A DNA stretch of 64,000 nt from an uncultured Flavobacterium sp. (GTDB lineage: Bacteria; Bacteroidota; Bacteroidia; Flavobacteriales; Flavobacteriaceae), in assembly GCA_964598455.1 (NCBI GenBank), contig CAZRCB010000001.1, positions 11,406-75,405 of the forward strand. The letters run 5' to 3'. Position 1 is the first letter of the stretch. The number at the start of each line of letters is the position of its first letter. Shown in pieces: positions 1-8,793 of this stretch. The translations under genes and the position numbers were made by a program. The notes beneath the pieces are model-generated. The model was not told where the DNA came from. It made no database searches and saw nothing but the letters and a program-made list of their open reading frames with translations.

Positions 1-2206
1 ACTTTTTATTTACATTGACAAATAATCCGTTCCATTTTATAAACGGTCCAAATCTACCTACACCTTTCTGAACTGGCAATCCGTCATATTCGCCGATAGG
101 TGCATCTGCTTTTTGTTTTAAATCAATAAGTTCAATGGCTCTATCTAGCGTTACATCCATAGGCTCTTCGCCTTTGTCAAGTGATATAAAACTTTTTCCG
201 AATCTAACATAAGGTCCAAATCGGCCAACATTAACCTCTACCTCTTCGTCTTGATAATAGCCTAGTTTTTTGGGTAGGAGGAATAAATCTAAAGCCTCCT
301 CAAGACTAATACTACTAATATTTTGGTCTGGACGAAGCGATGCGAATTGTTTCTCTTCGTCATCCATCTCGCCTATTTGCGCTACCGCACCGAATTTCCC
401 TAAACGGACTAATATTGTCTTTCCGCTCTTAGGGTCTTTTCCTAAGATGCGCTCTCCACTTTCTCTTTCTGCAGTTTGTTCAACTTCTTTTACTCTTGGA
501 TGAAAATGATCATAAAACTCCTTCATCACATCTGTCCATTGTCTGTCTCCTGCAGCAATCTCATCGAACTCTTGCTCTACCTTAGCCGTGAAATTATAAT
601 CTAGAATAGTTCCAAAATGATTTACCAAGAAATCATTTACGATAACTCCAATATCTGTAGGCACAAGTCTTCCTTTGTCTGAGCCTACATTTTCTTTGAG
701 TTGGTGAGAAGTAATCGCTCCATTCTTTAATACGAACTGAATGTATTTCTGTTCTTTTCCTTCTGAGCTTCCTTTCTCGACATAATTTCTGCTGATAATC
801 GTCGAAATTGTAGGTGCATAAGTAGATGGTCGTCCTATTCCTAGCTCTTCTAATTTTTTAACCAGTGCAGCTTCTGTATATCTTGCTGGCGCTTTTGAGA
901 AACGCTCAGTAGCTGTAATTGAGTTACAAATCAACGTTTCTTCTACTTTTAGCATTGGTAGAATTCCTTCTTGCTCTTGCTCTTCGTCATCATTTCCTTC
1001 TAAATAAACTTTAAGGAATCCCTCAAACAGCAATACTTCTCCTGTCGCTGCGAACACCTCTTCATGTTTATCTGCAACTATCTTCACGTTTGTGCGTTCT
1101 AGCTTGGCATCACTCATCTGCGAAGCAACTGCTCTCTTCCAAATCAAATCATAAAGTCGCGCTTGTTCTCTATCACCTGTGATGGTATGTCTAGTCATAT
1201 CCGTTGGGCGGATAGCTTCGTGTGCCTCTTGCGCTCCTTTACTTTTGTTAGCAAAACTCCTTGGATGGCTGAATTCTTTCCCATATGACTTAACAATCTC
1301 TTCTTGGATGGCTGCAGTAGCGTCGTTAGAAAGGTTCACGCTATCAGTTCTCATATAAGTAATAAGTCCTGCTTCATATAGGCGTTGTGCTACGACCATT
1401 GTCTGCGCTACAGAAAAATAAAGCTTACGCGAAGCTTCTTGTTGCAATGTTGAAGTGGTGAAAGGAGGTGCAGGTGATTCCTTTGCTGGTTTAGTCTCTA
1501 AGTCTGAAACCTTATAGCCTGCTCCTATACTATTCTTTAAGAATTCTTCTGCTTGTTTTTGAGTAGCAAAGTTCTTTGGCAGTTTTGCTTTGAATGATTT
1601 TCCTTTTTCAGTTACGAATTCGGCATATATAGAAAAAGTGGCTTCTGAATTAAACTTCTGAATTTCTTTTTCTCTCTCAACGATAAGTCGCACCGAAACT
1701 GATTGTACTCTACCGGCAGACAATCCTGTTTTGATTTTCTTCCAAAGCACAGGTGAGAGTTCATAACCTACTAATCGGTCAAGTACTCTACGCGCTTGTT
1801 GCGCATCAACTAGGTTATAATCTAAATCTCTAGGGTTTACTATTGCTTTGTCTATTGCTGTTTTAGTAATCTCATGAAAGACAATACGTTTGGTTTTTGC
1901 TTTATCTAAGTCTAAGGCTTCTGACAAATGCCATGCGATTGCCTCTCCCTCACGGTCCTCATCCGAGGCCAACCATACCATTTCTGCTTTTGACGCTATA
2001 TCATTCAGCTTTTTTACAATCGCTTTTTTATCCGTAGAAACGATGTATTTAGGCTTGAAGTCATTGGTTACATCTACGCCCAACTCATTCGAGGGCAAAT
2101 CTGATATATGTCCAAAACTAGATTCTACTCTAAAATCCTTACCTAAAAACTTCTCTATGGTTTTTGCCTTAGCAGGCGACTCTACTATTACAAGATTTTT
2201 TGCCAT
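1..2206 (-). CDS. topA: DNA topoisomerase I, first ~735 codons (C-terminus lies beyond the left window edge)
   Basis: It is absent from the ORF track because it has no stop inside the window. Hand translation of the reverse strand from ATG at 2206-2204 gives MAKNLVIVESPAKAKTIEKFLGKDFRVESSFGHISDLP...MVWLASDEDREGEAIAWHL...VDAQQARRVLDRLVGYELSPVLWKK (Toprim and type IA topoisomerase strings). The same frame is still open at the window edge (...GVGRFGPFIKWNGLFVNVNKK). The middle of the gene was not translated by hand. Confidence 0.9.
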   Translation of the reverse strand, partial: MAKNLVIVESPAKAKTIEKFLGKDFRVESSFGHISDLPSNELGVDVTNDFKPKYIVSTDKKAIVKKLNDIASKAEMVWLASDEDREGEAIAWHLSEALDLDKAKTKRIVFHEITKTAIDKAIVNPRDLDYNLVDAQQARRVLDRLVGYELSPVLWKKIKTGLSAGRVQSVSVRLIVEREKEIQKFNSEATFSIYAEFVTEKGKSFKAKLPKNFATQKQAEEFLKNSIGAGYKVSDLETKPAKESPAPPFTTSTLQQEASRKLYFSVAQTMVVAQRLYEAGLITYMRTDSVNLSNDATAAIQEEIVKSYGKEFSHPRSFANKSKGAQEAHEAIRPTDMTRHTITGDREQARLYDLIWKRAVASQMSDAKLERTNVKIVADKHEEVFAATGEVLLFEGFLKVYLEGNDDEEQEQEGILPMLKVEETLICNSITATERFSKAPARYTEAALVKKLEELGIGRPSTYAPTISTIISRNYVEKGSSEGKEQKYIQFVLKNGAITSHQLKENVGSDKGRLVPTDIGVIVNDFLVNHFGTILDYNFTAKVEQEFDEIAAGDRQWTDVMKEFYDHFHPRVKEVEQTAERESGERILGKDPKSGKTILVRLGKFGAVAQIGEMDDEEKQFASLRPDQNISSISLEEALDLFLLPKKLGYYQDEEVEVNVGRFGPYVRFGKSFISLDKGEEPMDVTLDRAIELIDLKQKADAPIGEYDGLPVQKGVGRFGPFIKWNGLFVNVNKK

Positions 2207-2224
2207 TGACTATTAAATTTTGGG

Positions 2225-2232
2225 CAAAAGTA
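2225..2232 (-). promoter_or_regulatory. Candidate Bacteroidota -7 box (TACTTTTG) for topA
   Basis: The reverse strand reads TACTTTTG, matching the TAnnTTTG -7 consensus reported for Bacteroidetes housekeeping promoters. It lies about 19 nt upstream of the topA ATG. Confidence 0.3.
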
Positions 2233-2383
2233 GTATTTTTTATTTACAATGGTCAGAAATCTGTTGTCATATATATTAATGTGTACTATCACAAAAGTAG
2301 AATAACTATGTTTTTAGTAAATATACATGCTGTGTTTTTATAGACATAATAATTCTTATCTTTGGTTAAGAACCCTCTTGAAT

Positions 2384-3400
2384 ATGAATAAACTTGTTCG
2401 TCTTATTTTGCTCGCATCTATTGCTTTGTTAATGTCTTGTAAGGATAACGAAGTACATATAATTCCTACACCTGCAGAAGATTATCAAACTTCTGAACAT
2501 ATCGAAGAGGTTAAACCTACTCCTATAACTACTGCAGCAGATATTATTCTGAAAAAAGAATTGGAATACGACAAATACACTCTTGAGGATAGCTATGCCT
2601 ATAAAGATACTGTTCGGGTTTTTCAGTGGGATAAAATAAAAGAAAAAATAGCTTTTGTTGAGAATTTCAGCAACCAAAAAGGCACTTATATCGTCTTACA
2701 GAACTATAAAAACAAGAATGGCGAGAGCCCGACGGTTAAGAATTATGTGCGAAATGCCTATACGCGAGTATCAGATTCGTTAGGTGTGGAGCGTTATCAA
2801 TCTGCACCACTATATAAAATCGACCAAACCGAATTGCCTTCGTTTTATGGTAGAGACGGTTGGCTAGGCCGACTCATTAGCAGTGATACACTCGAGATGG
2901 TCAGGCTACAAGGGATTTCATTTAATGGCACTTGGGATGTTCCAAAGCGCTATGTCAAATCAATTTCAGATAGTACGCGTTTTAATTTTATTGTATTTGT
3001 CGATGTGACCAATCAGAATATCGCCACATTAGAGCGCGCTGACAACGAGTGGCTCATTCGCTCGATGAATCCCGCAACGAGTGGCGTGCACCAACCTCCA
3101 TATGCACACGAAACACCAATAGGTATGTTTATCATACAAGAAAAGAAGTCAAAAATGTTTTTCCATAAGGATGGTACTACAGAAATTGGGGGTTATGCTC
3201 CGTATGCGAGTCGGTTTATCAATGGAGCTTATATTCATGGAGTGCCTGTGAATTATCCACAACAAAACATTATTGAATACAGCTATAGTTTGGGCACTAC
3301 ACCGCGCTCACATATGTGTGTGCGCAACGTCTCGTCACACGCTAAATTTATTTATGACCGCGTAAAACCCTATGAAGTATTGGTTTTTATTATAGATTAA
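2384..3400 (+). CDS. L,D-transpeptidase (YkuD-type) lipoprotein
   Basis: This is track ORF 2327..3400. I moved the start to ATG 2384 (MNKLVRLILLASIALLMSC, signal peptide plus lipobox Cys). The C-terminal catalytic string HGVPVN...GTTPRSHMCVRN fits the YkuD His/Cys motif. Confidence 0.75.
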   Translation: MNKLVRLILLASIALLMSCKDNEVHIIPTPAEDYQTSEHIEEVKPTPITTAADIILKKELEYDKYTLEDSYAYKDTVRVFQWDKIKEKIAFVENFSNQKGTYIVLQNYKNKNGESPTVKNYVRNAYTRVSDSLGVERYQSAPLYKIDQTELPSFYGRDGWLGRLISSDTLEMVRLQGISFNGTWDVPKRYVKSISDSTRFNFIVFVDVTNQNIATLERADNEWLIRSMNPATSGVHQPPYAHETPIGMFIIQEKKSKMFFHKDGTTEIGGYAPYASRFINGAYIHGVPVNYPQQNIIEYSYSLGTTPRSHMCVRNVSSHAKFIYDRVKPYEVLVFIID

Positions 3401-3475
3401 TAAAATTTAACAGTTTGAGCTTGAGGTAATTACTATATTTGCCATTTATATTTTTATACTAAACCTCACAAACGC

Positions 3476-4216
3476 ATGCGCATATTACTGATATTATTTA
3501 TAAGCATACTGCTGACGTCTTTTAAAATTCCGAGCACTTCTACTACATCAAACCCCGTTTCTACGGCAGCTTCTTCGAGTAAATCGGCACATTTACAACT
3601 GTATGAAGATTTCGGATTAGAGCAAATGATTTCTGTTGAAGCTTTTGAATACGCCATGCAAGGAGCTGATCACATCCGCACCAAAAAAGAAGATATTATC
3701 ACCATCATTGATTTTACACTTCCGTCTACTGCCAAAAGAATGGTAGTGTTGGATTTAGCTAAAAAAGAGGTTTTATACCATACGATTGTTTCGCACGGAA
3801 AAAATTCTGGCGAAAATTATGCAACTTCATTCTCTAACATACACAGCTCTTACCAAAGTTCGTTGGGTTTTTATACTACAGAAAACACCTACATCGGGAG
3901 AAATGGATATTCTCTTGTGCTGAATGGCTTAGAGAAAGGAACCAACGATCAAGCCAAAGCAAGAGCCGTAGTGATTCATGGCGCTGATTACTGCAGCGAA
4001 GACTTCATTAAAGCTACAGGTAGAAACGGAAGAAGCTATGGCTGTCCGGCACTCCCAAGAGCACTAAACCAAGAAATCATCGATACTATCAAAGAAGGCT
4101 CACTTCTTTATATTTATGCCAATGACAAGAATTACCTGGCTAATTCAAAATTCATCTCAAAAAACAAAAATCATTTGGCGGATAATTCTAGCCCTAGAAG
4201 TTCTGACAAAATGTGA
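3476..4216 (+). CDS. L,D-transpeptidase catalytic-domain family protein (YkuD_2-like), secreted
   Basis: It has an N-terminal signal peptide (MRILLILFISILLTSF). The strings VVIHGADYCSEDFI...GRSYGCPALP are typical of the murein L,D-transpeptidase catalytic domain family. Confidence 0.7.
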   Translation: MRILLILFISILLTSFKIPSTSTTSNPVSTAASSSKSAHLQLYEDFGLEQMISVEAFEYAMQGADHIRTKKEDIITIIDFTLPSTAKRMVVLDLAKKEVLYHTIVSHGKNSGENYATSFSNIHSSYQSSLGFYTTENTYIGRNGYSLVLNGLEKGTNDQAKARAVVIHGADYCSEDFIKATGRNGRSYGCPALPRALNQEIIDTIKEGSLLYIYANDKNYLANSKFISKNKNHLADNSSPRSSDKM

Positions 4217-4232
4217 GTTTAGTTGAAAATTG

Positions 4233-4253
4233 CCTGCCTGCCGGCGAGGCAGG
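4233..4253. terminator. GC-rich hairpin between convergent genes (weak terminator candidate)
   Basis: CCTGCCT / AGGCAGG forms a 7-bp stem with a 7-nt loop. It is conspicuous in an AT-rich spacer between the convergent ends of 3476..4216 and 4376..4765. There is no clean U-tract. Confidence 0.3.
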
Positions 4254-4375
4254 AGAGTTGAGAGTTACTAATTTTCTTCCTATAGAGGAATGGGGATTTT
4301 GAGATGCTTTGAATCGTTTTTTGATATTGTTCTAAACAGCCTTTATTTAGCTTGCTGCCCATAACTAGCGATTGT

Positions 4376-4765
4376 TTACATCAGAGGTTTTTGGTTAATT
4401 TCTCTGAAGTATTGAATTTTAGAGAGAAACATAGTTGCCATTTTTTCGCCTCTCAGTTTTGCTTCTGCAGCCTTTTCGCCTTCAAAGAGCTCATCAACGG
4501 TTTGATTAAACAGCATCAACCAGCGCTGGAAATGTTCAGCTTGAACAGGCAAACCCGCGTGCGGCGGAAAAGGTCTTCCGGAATAGGTGTGCTGATCGAG
4601 TAAAATTGTCTGCCAAAAGTTATACATCTTACCCAAGTGCTCCTCCCATCTATCTTGAATTATACCATTGAATATCGGGCCTATCAAATCATCTTTCTGA
4701 ACTTTTGCGTAGAAAGTGTTTACAAGTAATTTTATATCGTCTAGGTTTGTGATTGGAGTAGGCAT
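4376..4765 (-). CDS. Group III truncated haemoglobin (globin family)
   Basis: This is track ORF 4376..4855, trimmed to ATG 4765 (MPTPITNLDDIKLLVNTFYAKVQKDDLIGPIFN...). At 129 aa, its size and the strings W..HL.KMY.FW...Y.G.P..PH...P....HF..WL.LF fit truncated haemoglobins. Confidence 0.7.
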   Translation of the reverse strand: MPTPITNLDDIKLLVNTFYAKVQKDDLIGPIFNGIIQDRWEEHLGKMYNFWQTILLDQHTYSGRPFPPHAGLPVQAEHFQRWLMLFNQTVDELFEGEKAAEAKLRGEKMATMFLSKIQYFREINQKPLM

Positions 4766-4820
4766 TTTGTTGTAGTATTTGAATATTACAAAGATACAAA
4801 ATAATAAAAACACCTGATTT

Positions 4821-4874
4821 AAAAAGCAAAAACACGCTAAATACCGTTTTAACAACCGTACTTAGCGTGTTTTT
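4821..4874 (-). terminator. Rho-independent terminator after the MBL-rhodanese gene
   Basis: There is a perfect 13-bp stem (4828-4840 / 4862-4874, AAAAACACGCTAA / TTAGCGTGTTTTT) with a 21-nt loop. On the minus strand it is followed by GCTTTTT. Confidence 0.65.
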
Positions 4875-4889
4875 AGGTTATATAATATA

Positions 4890-6302
4890 TTATTTCAACG
4901 TGCTCGGACAAACAAAAGCGGTTTTTGGCAAGCAGGTATTTGCAATCCCGCTATAACCGTCACCAATTTCGGTAAAGCCTCTGATACCTCTTGAATTTAG
5001 GATACTTGCAGCAATCATACTCCTGTAACCTCCTGCACAGTGGATATAAAAATGCTCAGTATCGTCAATGCTATCCATCCATTCGTTTATATAAGCCAAA
5101 GGCAAACTCTGTGCGTTTTCTAAGTGCTCAGCTGAGAATTCACCTTCTTTTCTGAGGTCGATAACCTTGCAGCTACCATCTTTGTTTAGTTCTTCAAACT
5201 CTTTGGCAGAGATACAATTTACGTTGTCAATTTCTTTGCCTGAATTCTCCCAAGCAGCAAAACCTCCGTCTAGATAGCCCACTACATTGTCATATCCCAC
5301 TCTTGAGAGTCTAGTGATGACTTCTTGTTCTCTACCCTTGTCAGCAATTAGCAAAATTGGTTGTTTGATGTCGAGTATTAGACTGCCTACCCAAGGGGCA
5401 AAACCGCCGTCAATACCTATATTTATGGAATTCGGCACAAAGCCTGCTGCAAAATCTCTGGCGTTTCTGGTATCGAGTAACAGGGCTCCGGTAGCATTGG
5501 CTACTTCTTCAAAAGCCTCAGGCGTAAGGGCTTGGAGCCCTCGGTCCATTACTACGTCAAAGCTCTCGTAGCCTTTTATATTCATCATTACATTTTCTGG
5601 GAAGTAACTCGGTGGTGGTAATAAGCCGTCCGTAACTTCTTTTATAAATGCTTCTTGGGTCATTTCCTGAAGTGCATAGTTGGTTTTTTTCTGATTGCCA
5701 AGCGTATCAAAAGTCTCTTTACTCATGTTTTTTCCGCAAGCTGAACCTGCACCGTGTGCTGGATATACGATGATATCATCCTCTAAAGGCATTATCTTTT
5801 CTCTAAGCGAAGTGTATAAATGAGCGGCTAATATTTCTTGCGTGAGGTCTGCACTTACTTTTTGTGCCAAGTCAGGACGACCTACATCGCCGATAAAAAG
5901 CGTGTCACCAGTAAAGATTGCTTTGTTATTTCCGTTTTCGTCTTTCAACAAATAACAGGTGCTTTCCATGGTATGCCCTGGGGTATGTAAAGCTGTGATG
6001 GTGATTTTCCCTACTTTAAACACTTCATTGTCTTTGGCAATATGCGCGTCAAAGCCTGGTTTTGCAGTTGGTCCATAGACGATAGGCGCTCCTGTTTTTT
6101 TGGATAAATCAAGGTGTCCACTTACAAAATCAGCGTGAAAATGGGTTTCGAATACATATTTGATCTTCGCTCCATTTTTCTGGGCTTTGTCTAGATATGG
6201 TTGTACCTCACGAAGAGGGTCAATCACAACTGCCTCACCGTCACTCTCAATATAATAGGCTCCTTGAGCCAAACAACCTGTGTAAATTTGATCGATAATC
6301 AT
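4890..6302 (-). CDS. MBL-fold persulfide-dioxygenase-like protein fused to two rhodanese-like domains (CstB-like architecture)
   Basis: The protein is 470 aa. The N-terminal metallo-beta-lactamase strings are ETHFHADFVSGH and HTPGHT. The C-terminal rhodanese active-site loop is HCAGGYRS (C-X4-R). Confidence 0.8.
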   Translation of the reverse strand: MIIDQIYTGCLAQGAYYIESDGEAVVIDPLREVQPYLDKAQKNGAKIKYVFETHFHADFVSGHLDLSKKTGAPIVYGPTAKPGFDAHIAKDNEVFKVGKITITALHTPGHTMESTCYLLKDENGNNKAIFTGDTLFIGDVGRPDLAQKVSADLTQEILAAHLYTSLREKIMPLEDDIIVYPAHGAGSACGKNMSKETFDTLGNQKKTNYALQEMTQEAFIKEVTDGLLPPPSYFPENVMMNIKGYESFDVVMDRGLQALTPEAFEEVANATGALLLDTRNARDFAAGFVPNSINIGIDGGFAPWVGSLILDIKQPILLIADKGREQEVITRLSRVGYDNVVGYLDGGFAAWENSGKEIDNVNCISAKEFEELNKDGSCKVIDLRKEGEFSAEHLENAQSLPLAYINEWMDSIDDTEHFYIHCAGGYRSMIAASILNSRGIRGFTEIGDGYSGIANTCLPKTAFVCPSTLK

Positions 6303-6354
6303 GTCTTAAAGTTTTACTGTTTTGTGTAATCTATTTTTATATTCTAATTCTATG

Positions 6355-7155
6355 CTAGAAAAAAAGTTCCTTGACCAAGATATATACTCCCATAACCAGA
6401 ATAAATACCCCGAAACCTCGTTTGAGTTTGCTACCATCCACTTTCTTGGAGATGATATTCCCAACAAACATACCGCTAATGGATAGTAGGGTCACAAAAA
6501 ACAAGAAGTTCCAGTCGATGTGTATATCTACAGAAGAGATATCTCCTAAGAAACCAATCAATGATTTCACACCGATGATCAACAAGGAGGTTCCGATTGC
6601 TTTTTTGATAGGCAACTTTGCGTAGAGCACTAAAATCGGAATGATTATAAAGCCTCCGCCAGCACCTACCATGCCTGTTAGGGTTCCTTCTATTAAACCC
6701 AGTAAAGATACAAAAATTGGTTTTATTGTTGAAGGGCTTTTATCTGAGGCAATGTCAACCTTTGATTTTTTGATTACTGAACGTGCGGCAAACAGCATCA
6801 ATACAGCAAAAAACAACATCAAGAAACGCTCTTTTGAAACCGAAACCTGTGGCAATGCAATCATGGTCTCAGGTAATGCTGGCAGCAGGTATTTCCGGCT
6901 CAAAAACACAGAAATCATTGAAGGTATTCCGAAGAATGCCGCCATTTTCAGCGAAACTTCTTTACTCTGGTATTTTGGATAAACACCTATGAGACTAGTG
7001 GTTCCTACAATAAAAAGTGAGTATCCCATCGCCTTTATCGGTTCTATTAGAAACAAATAGACTAAAATTGGCACAGACAAAATACTACCACCTGCTCCAA
7101 TAAGTCCGATGCTTATACCTGCCAGAAAAATCGTTATGTATCCTATAATATCCAT
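6355..7155 (-). CDS. Sulfite exporter TauE/SafE family membrane protein
   Basis: The protein is 266 aa and polytopic. Duplicated GAGGS/GAGGG glycine-rich helices (LIGAGGSILSVP and MVGAGGGFIIIP) are typical of TauE/SafE. Confidence 0.8.
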   Translation of the reverse strand: MDIIGYITIFLAGISIGLIGAGGSILSVPILVYLFLIEPIKAMGYSLFIVGTTSLIGVYPKYQSKEVSLKMAAFFGIPSMISVFLSRKYLLPALPETMIALPQVSVSKERFLMLFFAVLMLFAARSVIKKSKVDIASDKSPSTIKPIFVSLLGLIEGTLTGMVGAGGGFIIIPILVLYAKLPIKKAIGTSLLIIGVKSLIGFLGDISSVDIHIDWNFLFFVTLLSISGMFVGNIISKKVDGSKLKRGFGVFILVMGVYILVKELFF

Positions 7156-7223
7156 TTGTGTTGCAAAGATAGTGTGAAATCTAGACTGCTTCAGTCACTT
7201 GTGTTACACAAGCTTTAGTTGCC

Positions 7224-8222
7224 TTACAGTATGGCAATCAGCATATCTTTGAGCAGCTCTTCTGTTGGGAATGTACCTCCGACACCTTTACTTTTCATAT
7301 CAATCTCGCGTAACGAAGCCACAATACTGCTGACTTTTCGCATAGGGTAATTTCTTGCTGCTACTTCATAATCTTTGACAAAGTAGGGGTTTATCTTGAG
7401 CAAACTGGCTACGTTTCTCGGATTTTTATCTGCGAGACCGTGGTATTGTAGGAGTTGTGAATAGAAAGCAAAAACCTGACTAGTAATCAATGTAATAGGG
7501 TTTTCTTTTGGGTTTTGTGCAAAGTAACGTGCAATCTGATTAGCTTTAAGTATATTTTTTTCGCCCAGAGCATTTCTGAATTCAAATACGTTATAATCTT
7601 TACTTATTCCAATATTTCTCTCGATATGAGCAGGGTTGATTGTGGTTCCTTTGGGCAAGATTATTTTTAACTTGTCGAGTTCGTTGCTTACTTTACTTAA
7701 GTTAGTGCCTAAGAATTCTGCCAACATCGCCGCTGCTTTGGGTTCGATTTTATATCCCGAACCGCTCAAGCTTTGGTTGATCCAAGGGGCAATTTGGTTG
7801 TCGTAGAGTTTTTTACTTTCTAGGAGTTCTCCTTTTTCAGCAAAGAGCTTGGTGATTTTTTTTCTCTTGTCGAGTGATTTGTATTTGTAACACAACACCA
7901 AGATGGTTGTGGGTTGCGGGTTAGCCACATAACTTTCTAATTGATCAAGAGTTCTAGCGAGGTCTTGTGCCTCTTTGACAATTACTACCTGATATTCCGC
8001 CATCATTGGGTAGCGCTTGGCGTTTGAGACAATTTCTTCAATTGTAGTATCTCTTCCGTACAGAACAGTTTGATTAAAACCTTTTTCGTCTTCAGTCAGC
8101 ACATTTTTCTCGATACAATCAGCTATCTTATCAATATAATAGGGTTCCTCGCCCATTAGCATATAAACGGGCTTGAATTTTCTGTTTTGTATGGCACTAA
8201 TCATTTGTTCTGCTTCCTTCAT
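7224..8222 (-). CDS. holA: DNA polymerase III subunit delta
   Basis: The protein is 332 aa. The strings KPVYMLMGEEPYYIDKI...FNQTVLYGRD...AKRYPMMAEYQVVIVKEAQ match the HolA N-terminal domain as I remember it from Flavobacteriia. Confidence 0.85.
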   Translation of the reverse strand: MKEAEQMISAIQNRKFKPVYMLMGEEPYYIDKIADCIEKNVLTEDEKGFNQTVLYGRDTTIEEIVSNAKRYPMMAEYQVVIVKEAQDLARTLDQLESYVANPQPTTILVLCYKYKSLDKRKKITKLFAEKGELLESKKLYDNQIAPWINQSLSGSGYKIEPKAAAMLAEFLGTNLSKVSNELDKLKIILPKGTTINPAHIERNIGISKDYNVFEFRNALGEKNILKANQIARYFAQNPKENPITLITSQVFAFYSQLLQYHGLADKNPRNVASLLKINPYFVKDYEVAARNYPMRKVSSIVASLREIDMKSKGVGGTFPTEELLKDMLIAIL

Positions 8223-8248
8223 TCTGAATTTTAGGTTATTTTTGCCCT

Positions 8249-8689
8249 ATGCAAGAATTAAATTTTCCGAAATATTCGTTTCGCCTCAAAAATAGTGAAA
8301 ATAAGTCGGCTATTTTTGATGCCATTCGTAAAAAATTTATCATCCTCACTCCAGAAGAATGGGTCAGGCAACATGTGGTTAGGTATCTGTTAGAAGAAAA
8401 AAACTATCCGGTATCACTGACCAATGTCGAGAAGACAATCAAAATAAATGACCTTATTAAACGCTATGATATAGTAGTTTATAATTCTGATGGAAGTATT
8501 TTCTTATTGGTAGAATGCAAAGCGCCACACGTCAAAATCACCCAAGAAACTTTTGATCAGATTGCTCGATATAATTTGGCGTTAAAGGCAGAGTACTTGA
8601 TGGTTACTAACGGCATCAATCATTATTACTGCATTATGGATTTTGAAAATCAGAAGTATGTTTTCTTGGAGGAATTGCCTTCTAGATAA
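8249..8689 (+). CDS. Stand-alone type I restriction enzyme HsdR N-terminal (PD-(D/E)xK-like) domain protein
   Basis: The protein is 146 aa. The strings PEEWVRQHVVRYL...YDIVVYNSDGSIFLLVECKAP...ARYNL fit the HsdR_N domain family. It is divergent from holA. Confidence 0.65.
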   Translation: MQELNFPKYSFRLKNSENKSAIFDAIRKKFIILTPEEWVRQHVVRYLLEEKNYPVSLTNVEKTIKINDLIKRYDIVVYNSDGSIFLLVECKAPHVKITQETFDQIARYNLALKAEYLMVTNGINHYYCIMDFENQKYVFLEELPSR

Positions 8690-8793
8690 AGTTTTTGTCT
8701 TCTTGGAAGTTGCATTTCAGTATTTCGTAGGTGCGGGACTATTGATTTTTGTTGATTTTTTGTACCTTTACGCTCACTAGAAACGAAAAGCTT

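Noticed and set aside
270-2216. Plus-strand track ORFs 270..503 and 1890..2216.
   Set aside because: They lie entirely antisense to the open topA frame, which has unmistakable topoisomerase I sequence. Their products are low-complexity S/F/L-rich shadow peptides.
4352-4603. Plus-strand 83-aa ORF overlapping the truncated haemoglobin gene.
   Set aside because: It is antisense shadow of a gene with recognisable globin strings and has no features of its own.
5287-6992. Plus-strand ORFs 5287..5571, 6371..6625, 6641..6982 and 6783..6992.
   Set aside because: They are antisense shadows inside the MBL-rhodanese and TauE genes.
4376-7155. Treating TauE, MBL-rhodanese and the truncated haemoglobin as one three-gene operon.
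   Set aside because: A perfect 13-bp-stem terminator with a U-tract sits between the MBL-rhodanese stop and the globin start, so the globin is more likely a separate transcription unit.
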